From Candidatus Enterousia sp. (GTDB taxonomy: Bacteria > Pseudomonadota > Alphaproteobacteria > Rs-D84), in NCBI GenBank assembly GCA_045649345.1, contig JAZRPS010000017.1, positions 7,658-71,657 of the forward strand: 64,000 nucleotides of DNA. Direction: 5' to 3'. This document shows positions 37,706 to 45,988 of the stretch, piece after piece (position 1 is the stretch's first letter; every line of letters starts with the position of its first letter). The translations under genes were made by a program, and so were the position numbers. The notes under the pieces are model-generated. The model saw nothing but the letters and a program-made list of their open reading frames with translations, ran no database searches and was not told the origin of the DNA.

Positions 37706-38413
37706 GTGAAAAATCGCGTAGAACCGCCAATTTTAATATCAAGACTAATGACGTTTGTGTTGGCAGCGTCACTGGTTGTGTTGGGGGTGCTGGGCATGAC
37801 GATTATAAAAATGTTCCCATTAAACCGTCCAGAAGTTTTCTTTTTAACAACAGAACTTCGTGACAACCAAACTGTAAAGTTGGTTGAGATGCCGACAAAC
37901 GACTCTAATTTTGATTTGTATAAACAAACCTTTGTTCGCGAATATGTTAGACACAGAAACGACATATTTCCAAATGCAAAAGTTATGAACAAGAAATGGA
38001 ACGGCGTCGACGGGTTTGTTCGCATAACATCTTCGGACGATGTGTACAGTGACTTTACCAACACAAACATGTTTGTCGCAATTACCGGTGGTATGCCCGA
38101 TTTTGAATTTAGATGCGTTTCACAATTTGAAGGTGCGCCAGCATTATTAGAACGCGACGACAGGACACACGATGTATATCAAGTAAAAATGCAATATTTT
38201 TGTTCAGATAATACTGGACGTACACCACGAAAAGATTATACAATAAAAATAAAGTTAGCCGCAGACACAGATGCAAACGTTGTTTGGAAAGACCGCATTA
38301 GCAATCCATTAGGTTTGCGCGTAGAAGAATACGAAGTAACAAAAGTCACATCACAGGATGGTGACACACTTCAAACAGGCGATCCGTTGGACACGGGTTA
38401 TTTGCCGGAATAA
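37706..38413 (+). CDS. virB8: VirB8-family type IV secretion protein
   Basis: Short N-terminus, one TM helix (LMTFVLAASLVVLGVLGMTII), periplasmic domain with 'FVREYVRHRNDI' and the VirB8-typical 'NPLGLRVEEYEV' (NPxG) motif. The GTG start has a strong SD. Confidence 0.7.
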   Translation: MKNRVEPPILISRLMTFVLAASLVVLGVLGMTIIKMFPLNRPEVFFLTTELRDNQTVKLVEMPTNDSNFDLYKQTFVREYVRHRNDIFPNAKVMNKKWNGVDGFVRITSSDDVYSDFTNTNMFVAITGGMPDFEFRCVSQFEGAPALLERDDRTHDVYQVKMQYFCSDNTGRTPRKDYTIKIKLAADTDANVVWKDRISNPLGLRVEEYEVTKVTSQDGDTLQTGDPLDTGYLPE

Positions 38414-38440
38414 ACAAGAAAGAATAGAAGGATTGGTAAA

Positions 38441-39976
38441 ATGTTTGCAAAAGCCTTTAAGTTAAATATATCTATATTCTGCTTAGCAGGATTGTTGTGT
38501 ATGCCTGCATACAGCGCCGATGATATAGGTATGGCAGGTATACAAGAAGCATGGGACAACCCAACTGCAAACATGGCAGCCGGAAGTACAAAACCAGGAT
38601 ACGCACAATTGTCTTGGTCACCGGGTTCGGTTATACCGATTAAGTTGCGCAACGGTATGGTGACAATGCTGACGTTGCCAAATGGCGAACAAATTGCAGA
38701 TGCAATCATGGGCAACCAGGGATTATTTGATGTTGACGCAACACAGGGCGAACGTACAATGTTTTTGTCCCCTGTGGGCAGCAACCAAGGATCTGATACA
38801 AATATGATTGTGACAGGCAAATCAGGAAACAAATATATATTTTATCTGCGTGCAGAACCATCTAATTCCAGCGAAATTACATATTCCCAGGTTGATGTTA
38901 TATTAGACGGGAATGGTGTGTTGCCAAACGCAGGCACGACCGCAACAACATCAGGTGGCGCAAAATCTATATTTCAAAAATCTGCGCCTGCGTCCACAAT
39001 GGTTGGTTCCGATGGCGAAGATTACGGATGGATAAAATCAATGAAAATCGATCCATCTGAATTCAGATTTGACCTGGACATATTTGTTCCAAATCCAGAT
39101 GACTATGTAATTGCACCAGAACGCGTATGGCGCGATCGTATCTTTACATACATCGACTTTGGTGACAAGGTTATATCGATGACGCAACGCCCGGTGGTAT
39201 CACTGATGGTCGAAGGTGGCGAATCGCCCGTTGGATTCCGCACAGATGGCGAAGACGGCAGATTGTTAATTGTAGAGGCAGTTGGTGACATGGTACTGCG
39301 CAGTGGGCAACGTATTGTTTGCATCAAAAAACGTGAAAAACCATTCTTAATCGCAGACACAGCATCTGTTATGGCACTGGCAGAGGCAAACGTTGCGCAA
39401 AGCATGCTATCAGGTCAGTCGCTGAACAACATTGCATACACAGACAGTATGGCCGCGATGAGCATGGGAACAAACTATACAGGAACACCTGTGTTTGTTG
39501 GCAACAATACAACGGTCAATCAGACAACAGGCGCCGGATACTATATGCCGGCAGGATACGGCATACCACAGACAACACCGTCATCTGGCAGCGTTGTTAA
39601 CATGTTGCCAACACAACGTAATACGGCAGGGGCATATTTACCGCAAACAAATATACCACTGATTTCCAGCAACCAATCAGGCGTTGCGGTTGAATTAAAA
39701 TCTGATACGTCCGTCAAGGCGCTGAATGATTATTGGACGAATCTGTTGGCGAAATTTAGTGGCGAAGAAGGTCAAGGTTTGTTAACGCCATACAAGGATA
39801 TGGTATTCTTTGCAGTTGATGAACAAGGTGTCGGTGACCTGGGGGCAGATTCAAAAACAGCACGCCAATACCGCTTGCGCATTGGACCATTGGCAGATAT
39901 CGATACAGCGCAAACGCTGTGCGACAAGCTGTTAAAGTTTAGTGGCGTCAGTTGCAACGTTGTAAGAATGCAATAA
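38441..39976 (+). CDS. virB9: VirB9/CagX/TrbG-family protein with a low-complexity linker and a C-terminal SPOR domain
   Basis: Signal peptide. N-domain: 'IPIKLRNGMVTMLTLPNGEQIADAIMGN...TNMIVTGKSGNKYIFYLRAE'. C-domain: 'PERVWRDRIFTYIDFGDK...PVVSLMVEGGESPVGFR'. Residues 413-511 are SPOR-like: 'YRLRIGPLADIDTAQTLCDKLLKFSGVSCNVV'. Confidence 0.75.
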   Translation: MFAKAFKLNISIFCLAGLLCMPAYSADDIGMAGIQEAWDNPTANMAAGSTKPGYAQLSWSPGSVIPIKLRNGMVTMLTLPNGEQIADAIMGNQGLFDVDATQGERTMFLSPVGSNQGSDTNMIVTGKSGNKYIFYLRAEPSNSSEITYSQVDVILDGNGVLPNAGTTATTSGGAKSIFQKSAPASTMVGSDGEDYGWIKSMKIDPSEFRFDLDIFVPNPDDYVIAPERVWRDRIFTYIDFGDKVISMTQRPVVSLMVEGGESPVGFRTDGEDGRLLIVEAVGDMVLRSGQRIVCIKKREKPFLIADTASVMALAEANVAQSMLSGQSLNNIAYTDSMAAMSMGTNYTGTPVFVGNNTTVNQTTGAGYYMPAGYGIPQTTPSSGSVVNMLPTQRNTAGAYLPQTNIPLISSNQSGVAVELKSDTSVKALNDYWTNLLAKFSGEEGQGLLTPYKDMVFFAVDEQGVGDLGADSKTARQYRLRIGPLADIDTAQTLCDKLLKFSGVSCNVVRMQ

Positions 39977-39994
39977 AAAAGTACTAAGCACAGT

Positions 39995-42406
39995 GTGGGT
40001 TCAAAAAAAATGAAAAAAAATTTAAAACAGCAGTTTTCAGAATTGCGCGAAACAACACCAAAGTATATCCAATGGCTGTTGCTGGGGGTTGCGTTTATTG
40101 TGGTGCTTATACTGCTGACGTTGTTATTAAGTGGTGACGACAATGATGCACAAGCAGAAGTCGAAAAAACTGATACCAAGATTCCAGAACTGACCATTGA
40201 ACCCGCACAAATAAAGTGGACAGATATTGTTGTTGGAACCAAAGAAACACAAGTCATACGTATCGTATCAAATATTCCTGTCACAATACTATCAACCGGT
40301 CAAAACAAACAGGTTGACGGTTTTTCAATGAAAGAAACATGCACAGGAATAAAACAAATAAACAAAGGCATCGGATGTCAAATTAACGCAACATATCAAC
40401 CAACAAAAGCACAGGAAAATGTCGAAATAGATTTATTAATCGAATGGCATAATGCAAGCACAAAAAAAGAAACAGCGCATACAACCAAGGTGCCTGTTGT
40501 GTTGAGCGCAAAAATGCCGCCAGAAGAAAAAAAACCAGAACCTGTTGTTGTACCAGAACCAGTCGTTGAACCGGAACCAGAGCCTGAACCAGAACCTGTT
40601 GTTGAACCGGAACCAATCAAAGAAGTGGTCGAAATAATCGCGCCACCGATTGTTATCCCTGAACCAGAGCCAGAACCAACACCATCAGAGGCATGTTCAG
40701 ATTTTGCGTTCCCTGGGTATAATCTGTCGGGGCGTCAGATTGGTTGGATAAAACCATCTAGGGGGGCATATAAATTTCATCCATTTTCAGACAAAAACTG
40801 TGAAGATCCAACAGGAACATACAATCCTGATAACGGCATTATAACGGATGAAGCCGGCAAAAAAATCGGAACCGATGCAGACCACATTGGTTATGCGGCG
40901 TTCAATGGTGGCGTATTGCCAGAATTGTCAAACACACCTGCAATCCGCAAGGTCAATCGTGCAAGACAATTGGACGCCCCAACTAACAGTGGTGGCATGG
41001 GACGCGTCGGTCCAAGCGGTCAAGGGTTAGTAAAACCAACCACGAAAAAAGATGTCACATTTGACACAACCGGTACCGCTGTTGTTTCAACACAGCCATA
41101 TGACCGCAGCTTTGTTTTACGTCAATTTAAACCGATTCCAGCCACAATCGTATCTGATGTACGCGCAGATATAGAAATGTTGAAGAGCGAGGGTTCATTG
41201 CCGGTACGCGCAACCGTCGACAGAAATGTGTATTCAGATAATGGCCGCACCGTTATTATCCCAACAGGTACATTGTTGATGGGATATGTGACAGGCAAAA
41301 TCCCGGGGCCATACAAGACAATTGGACGTATGGAAATCAAATGGTATCAGTTTATATTACCAAACGGTGTTGAATTTAACTTTGAAGAAGGTCAGGATCC
41401 ATTTTCAGCCGATGCACAGGGGCGCGTGGGCGTACCGGGGCGTGGCAGTTCGGATTATCTGGAACAGTTTGTCATGCCAATGCTGACCGCGTTTGTACCG
41501 GCAACAATTAACCTGATTAATCCGGTTGCGGATGCATTCGTAAATCAGATTGATTTGGACAACAATACAGTTGTTCAAAGTGGTACAATGCGTTCTTCGG
41601 AATTAGCGAAAAATGAAATTATTACGGCATGGAACAGTGTTGCACAGAAATTGATGGTTGATATGATGGATAACACCGTACCGCCATTTACAATTCCGGC
41701 GGGCACACGTATAACCGTTTATTCACCGGTGGATTTGCAGGTTGCATGTGAAGAAGATGAAAAAGATTGTTCTTTGAAAAAATTAGGAAAGGAGCCAAAT
41801 AACAGACGTCGTGATTGGGGTGCAAATGGCACTAATAATGCAAATGTAGTGGCATCGGATGACATATCATCATGGGTTGGGCAGGCACGTTCATGGGCAA
41901 CAGCGTCCGGATTTCAGCAGTTCTGTAACAACAAAGACAACGGAATATGGCGCGTCAATCCTGAATGTGCCGGTCTTTCAAGTGACGGCACTAGTGCCAC
42001 GGGGGAATTAAATAGTTGTGGTGGTTATTCGTATAGCACACTGAAATTATTGTGTGAATCATTAAACTATCAATCGAAAAAGGCGTTGCAATATGATGCA
42101 TATCGCGAAGATCAAACGCAACAGTATCAAGAACAGTATGGGACAAAAGACAACAGGACAGAAGAACAGCAGACCGCATACAATGAAATGATTGGAATTA
42201 AATATGATGACGAAGGTCACGTTGTAAATCCATACGCCAGTACGTCAACAGAAAAGGTTGTGGAAGAAGTTGGTCTGTTGTGCGAGGACGGCACACCACC
42301 AGATGGCAACGGTTGCTGTACAGGTGAAATTTACACCGATATGGGCGAACAAGGATTTAACTGTTGCCCACAGACGGGTGGTGACTGCTTCCCACCGTTG
42401 ATATAG
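39995..42406 (+). CDS. virB10: VirB10/TrbI-family protein with an N-terminal Ig-like module, a PE-rich linker and a 220-aa Cys-rich C-terminal extension
   Basis: TM helix. A predicted beta-rich module spans about residues 65-165. Linker 'PEPVVVPEPVVEPEPEPEPEPVVEPEP'. TrbI core 'VRATVDRNVYSDNGRTVIIPTGTLLMGYV...RMEIKWYQFILPNGVEF...DAQGRVGVPGR'. The tail has 12 Cys. GTG at 39995 or ATG at 40010. Confidence 0.8.
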   Translation: MGSKKMKKNLKQQFSELRETTPKYIQWLLLGVAFIVVLILLTLLLSGDDNDAQAEVEKTDTKIPELTIEPAQIKWTDIVVGTKETQVIRIVSNIPVTILSTGQNKQVDGFSMKETCTGIKQINKGIGCQINATYQPTKAQENVEIDLLIEWHNASTKKETAHTTKVPVVLSAKMPPEEKKPEPVVVPEPVVEPEPEPEPEPVVEPEPIKEVVEIIAPPIVIPEPEPEPTPSEACSDFAFPGYNLSGRQIGWIKPSRGAYKFHPFSDKNCEDPTGTYNPDNGIITDEAGKKIGTDADHIGYAAFNGGVLPELSNTPAIRKVNRARQLDAPTNSGGMGRVGPSGQGLVKPTTKKDVTFDTTGTAVVSTQPYDRSFVLRQFKPIPATIVSDVRADIEMLKSEGSLPVRATVDRNVYSDNGRTVIIPTGTLLMGYVTGKIPGPYKTIGRMEIKWYQFILPNGVEFNFEEGQDPFSADAQGRVGVPGRGSSDYLEQFVMPMLTAFVPATINLINPVADAFVNQIDLDNNTVVQSGTMRSSELAKNEIITAWNSVAQKLMVDMMDNTVPPFTIPAGTRITVYSPVDLQVACEEDEKDCSLKKLGKEPNNRRRDWGANGTNNANVVASDDISSWVGQARSWATASGFQQFCNNKDNGIWRVNPECAGLSSDGTSATGELNSCGGYSYSTLKLLCESLNYQSKKALQYDAYREDQTQQYQEQYGTKDNRTEEQQTAYNEMIGIKYDDEGHVVNPYASTSTEKVVEEVGLLCEDGTPPDGNGCCTGEIYTDMGEQGFNCCPQTGGDCFPPLI

Positions 42407-42426
42407 TGGCACGACAAATATAAACG

Positions 42427-42453
42427 CCCCACCATCTGGTGGGGTTTATTTTT
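42427..42453 (+). terminator. virB10 intrinsic terminator
   Basis: ccccaccatctggtgggg followed by tttattttt. A second GC hairpin (gcgcgc-aatgtg-gcgcgc plus a T-run) lies at about 42506-42535. Confidence 0.7.
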
Positions 42454-42570
42454 AATAAGCAAAGGATTGTTTATATCATGAAATGTTTTTATTTATATTC
42501 TTTTTTGCGCGCAATGTGGCGCGCTTTTTTTTATCAAATGGTTGATATAGCGAACTGGGATTATGGTTAA

Positions 42571-42680
42571 TTTTTCGATTCGAAAACAAAAACGAAAAAT
42601 CGCGAATTTGTTTTGTTTTTCGATTCGCAATTCAACCAAAGATTGTACTGTTTTACAGAAATCTTTTCTTAGTCTATATA
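42571..42680 (+). promoter_or_regulatory. Direct repeats TTTTTCGATTCG (x2) and imperfect palindrome, followed by promoter TTTACA-N17-TATATA
   Basis: Repeats at 42571-42582 and 42616-42627. Promoter -35 at 42652-42657 and -10 at 42675-42680, upstream of the 42721 gene. Confidence 0.35.
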
Positions 42681-42720
42681 TCAGTGTATTGAACATAAAA
42701 AACCAAAGGAGAAAGAAAAT

Positions 42721-43062
42721 ATGACATCTACGTTATCAATTACAATGCCGGAAAAATTTCAATCAGCGGAACAAATGTGGTTCTGGTTTTTATATTCAAA
42801 ATCTGTACGTAATGGTTTTTCCCGCGTACATGTGCGCCAAACGCGCAGGCCATGCGAAATTCTGGACGTTGAAACACTGATAACAAAATTGTATTTATCG
42901 GGGAAATTAACAGATGAACAACTGGCGGTTATGAAAGAATTTGGCGATAAACGACGCGCACCACATCAATATATTTGGAATGAAAATCGCGCCGCACAGC
43001 AATGGGCAACTGCAATGTCTGTTTTACACGATGCATGCACAAAACGTGGGTGGATTGAATAA
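42721..43062 (+). CDS. Hypothetical protein (113 aa)
   Basis: Strong SD (aaaggagaaag). No motif I can assign. Confidence 0.5.
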   Translation: MTSTLSITMPEKFQSAEQMWFWFLYSKSVRNGFSRVHVRQTRRPCEILDVETLITKLYLSGKLTDEQLAVMKEFGDKRRAPHQYIWNENRAAQQWATAMSVLHDACTKRGWIE

Positions 43063-43137
43063 CAAACCACTACCCCGTCATGCATGCGCATGCCACCCCT
43101 TCGCCAGACGAAGGGGGAGCTTTAAAGGATTTACAAA

Positions 43138-43482
43138 ATGATAATCGTTGCATTTTCTGATAAAACATCAAAGATTTTACCACGCGTGTTCTGTGGAAAA
43201 TGGAAACACGTTGCACCAATTGTTGCAGTAAACGACAATCTGATTATGTATCAGTTTGTACGCTGTGGGCGCGTTGAAAAAATAAGTTTAAAAATGCGTG
43301 ATATAAAAATCCTGCAATCGTATGGATGGCGGTTTGTATATTTGCCATGCGCCCTGCCCCATGATTTTAACCCAAAAGATGCGAAAACATGTGTTGAAAT
43401 GACCAAGCGCGCCATTGGAATTCAGTGCTGGCATCTGCAAACGCCGGGGGCATTATTTCGGCATTTGTTGCGATATGGATGA
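43138..43482 (+). CDS. Hypothetical protein, possibly a permuted papain-like (NlpC/P60-superfamily) hydrolase
   Basis: 114 aa. His-before-Cys arrangement ('WKHVAPIV' ... 'TCVEMTKRAIG') is reminiscent of permuted NlpC/P60 (YiiX-like) enzymes. This is a weak call. Confidence 0.4.
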   Translation: MIIVAFSDKTSKILPRVFCGKWKHVAPIVAVNDNLIMYQFVRCGRVEKISLKMRDIKILQSYGWRFVYLPCALPHDFNPKDAKTCVEMTKRAIGIQCWHLQTPGALFRHLLRYG

Positions 43483-43793
43483 TTTTGTGGACGTGTTGTG
43501 ATATTTTCGCATTCTGTAATTATTTTCACGATTAAACACATCTTCCAGCACCAACATTGTTGATTGCAATTGCAGATACGCCTAGTATACCGCGTGAATT
43601 GCATCAGCGCGTGTTGGACGACCTGTTGGTTTCTTTGGCGGTTTTGCGATATGCAGTCCCATTAAAATCCCCTTTGGTTAATATGAAAAAAACCGCCAGA
43701 GATAAAATCAAAAGCGGTTGGAGTTTTAGAACAACTAAACGAATTGCGTGCCTTATTCGGTATATTCGGCACACTCCAACCGGGGGGGGATTT

Positions 43794-45359
43794 TTATTTC
43801 GTTTTACGCTTTATCATTTCCATCTGGATAATACCGAATATGTTCGATACCGTCCAATACAATACCAAGCCCGCCGGCATCCACGCAAACATTACCGTGA
43901 ACAACAATGGCATCCAACGCATCATTCGCTGGGTCTGGGCCATGGCATCATTGCCAGATGTGTTCTTGGTATTTGATGACTGTAAACGCTGTTGCAACCA
44001 CATTGTTGCACCCATCAATACAGGCAAGATAAAGTATGGGTCCATCGCCGCCAAATCAGATATCCACAAGAAATGTGCGCTGCGCATTTGAACAGATACT
44101 AATAACGCCTTGTACAATGCAAAGAAGATTGGAATCTGAATCAACATTGGCAAACAACCCGACATTGGTGATGTCTTGTGCGTTTGATACAATTTCATCA
44201 TTTCCATTTGCAAACGCATTTTGTCGTTGGCATACAGTTTCTGGATACGCTGTAATTCTGGTTGCATTTTCTGCATTGCTGCCATTGAAACATATGATTT
44301 GCGCGTTAATGGCCACATCAATAAGCGCAACAAAATGGTCATGATGATAATTGCCAAACCATAATTCATAACAACAGAATTAATACCGTTTAATACCCAC
44401 AACATTGGACGCGCCAAGAACCAGAACCATCCGTAATCAACCGTTTCAGCAATACCGGCAATTGATTTTTCCGCCACATTTAAAACGTCTTGGTCACGTG
44501 GCCCAACAAAGGCACGCGTTGTGATTGTATGTGATGCGCCCGGTGCAATTGATACCGTAGATGCCGCAACATCTGCATGATATTTATCATCTGATTTCTT
44601 TATACGAATTGTTTGATCAGGACTGTCTAATGATACGACGGTTTCCCAATACTGATCTGTGAAACCTGCGAATCCATTCGTTGTAGAATATGCATATGAC
44701 TTTTTTTCCAAACGCGCCCATGGTTCTTGTTCGACATCAGAATTTACATATGCAATTGCACCAGTGTTTACACCAGAACTGGATTTCATGTCATTTTCAC
44801 GAACAATACGTGCATATGGCGCAAATGTCACATTGGCGCGACCGGTATTCTTAATCGTATCCGTCACGGTTATGACATAACCGTCTGTTGTGATTTTGCG
44901 TTCAAATTCAACACCATCAGAATTACGCCAAGTGTATGCGCCGTCTTGTTCTTTCCATACAGTTGTTGGAACAGGTGCCGTTGTACCGGTTGCGATGTAT
45001 CCAACCTCTATAAAATCTTTATCACCACCCAATAATGTGACCAAATCTGTTGAATCGGGTGCAACTGTAAAATTTGATAATTTTACATCATTGATACGCA
45101 ACCCTTGAACCGTGGCAGAAACCATATCTGATGAAACAGAGTGCGTTGGTACCGCAGATAAATCTTCGACCACAACGTTTTCATTTGTGACATCACGAAC
45201 GGTCTTTGGTGCCATTAACACACCAATCAACCACCAGGCCGCCATAAAGACCAATGTCCACCATAAGATACGCGAAAATGATGCACGTGGTTTCGCAGCG
45301 TCTTGTTTTGCACGCCACTGATTAAATCCAGAATTTTGATTATCCAAATATTTTACCAT
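43794..45359 (-). CDS. yidC: Membrane protein insertase YidC
   Basis: Large periplasmic P1 domain, then 'MEMMKLYQTHKTSPMSGCLPMLIQIPIFFALY'. ATG at 45359 with SD aaggtg is preferred over GTG at 45371. Confidence 0.9.
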   Translation of the reverse strand: MVKYLDNQNSGFNQWRAKQDAAKPRASFSRILWWTLVFMAAWWLIGVLMAPKTVRDVTNENVVVEDLSAVPTHSVSSDMVSATVQGLRINDVKLSNFTVAPDSTDLVTLLGGDKDFIEVGYIATGTTAPVPTTVWKEQDGAYTWRNSDGVEFERKITTDGYVITVTDTIKNTGRANVTFAPYARIVRENDMKSSSGVNTGAIAYVNSDVEQEPWARLEKKSYAYSTTNGFAGFTDQYWETVVSLDSPDQTIRIKKSDDKYHADVAASTVSIAPGASHTITTRAFVGPRDQDVLNVAEKSIAGIAETVDYGWFWFLARPMLWVLNGINSVVMNYGLAIIIMTILLRLLMWPLTRKSYVSMAAMQKMQPELQRIQKLYANDKMRLQMEMMKLYQTHKTSPMSGCLPMLIQIPIFFALYKALLVSVQMRSAHFLWISDLAAMDPYFILPVLMGATMWLQQRLQSSNTKNTSGNDAMAQTQRMMRWMPLLFTVMFAWMPAGLVLYWTVSNIFGIIQMEMIKRKTK

Positions 45360-45360
45360 A

Positions 45361-45897
45361 CTATTTTTCACCTTTGATTGATTTTAAACATTTACGACGC
45401 GCAATGTACCAATTTAGTAAATACAAACCAACGCCAATTACAATACACATGTCTGCAATATTAAATGCAGGCCAATGATAGCCACCAATATGAAAATCTA
45501 AGAAATCAACGACCGCACCGAAACGAATTCTATCAATCAAATTACCAATCGCACCGCCGGCAACCAATGCCAATGGCACACGTTCATATCCACGGGCGCG
45601 CGCAAACAAATAATGCAAGATAAATCCAATTATAAAACTGGTTGCGACAACCAATATAATCGGCGCAGATTCACCCATCGCGCGAAATAATGAAAATGAT
45701 GTCCCAGGATTCCATGTAAACACAACGTTAAAAAAGTCAAACACAGGCGCCATTAAATACGGCACGGGTACAATTGTCCAAAAATGACCGTGTAATGGAA
45801 TTGTATCTGTGATTAAATATAACAAAATCCCCTTAGACACCTGGTCCAGGATTATTGCGCCAAATATTATCGATAATATTAATGCAATTTTTTTCAT
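45361..45897 (-). CDS. lspA: Lipoprotein signal peptidase (signal peptidase II)
   Basis: Four TM helices. 'NPGTSFS' and 'FNIADMCI' motifs. Confidence 0.9.
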   Translation of the reverse strand: MKKIALILSIIFGAIILDQVSKGILLYLITDTIPLHGHFWTIVPVPYLMAPVFDFFNVVFTWNPGTSFSLFRAMGESAPIILVVATSFIIGFILHYLFARARGYERVPLALVAGGAIGNLIDRIRFGAVVDFLDFHIGGYHWPAFNIADMCIVIGVGLYLLNWYIARRKCLKSIKGEK

Positions 45898-45952
45898 ATG
45901 TCTGCCTTCCCATATTAAGTATGATAAAATATAACAAGTTGTATTATCAAAA

Positions 45953-45981
45953 GCAAATAAAAAGTCCCCAATTCGGGGACC
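45953..45981 (-). terminator. kefB terminator
   Basis: gtccccgaattggggac followed by tttttatttg on the minus strand. Confidence 0.6.
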
Positions 45982-45988
45982 TGTTTAA

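Noticed and set aside
37231-38070. ORFs 37231..37629 (+), 37241..37474 (+) and 37597..38070 (-).
   Set aside because: They overlap the tRNA-Trp gene and its duplicated fragment, or are antisense to virB8.
38398-40284. Minus-strand ORFs antisense to virB9/virB10 (38398..38832, 39103..39405, 39772..40284).
   Set aside because: They are shadow ORFs of well-supported plus-strand genes.
40540-40690. Short tandem-like DNA periodicity (gaacca/gagcct repeats) that might be a CRISPR-like or VNTR element.
   Set aside because: It is in frame and encodes the Pro/Glu-rich linker typical of VirB10. There is no repeat-spacer organisation.
42493-42696. 67-aa minus-strand ORF.
   Set aside because: It is composed of the terminator hairpin, the TTTTTCGATTCG repeats and the promoter of the 42721 gene. 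It has no SD.
43557-44091. Plus-strand ORFs 43557..43976 and 43744..44091.
   Set aside because: They overlap the 3' end of yidC in antisense. The remaining 43483-43793 spacer shows only weak hairpins.
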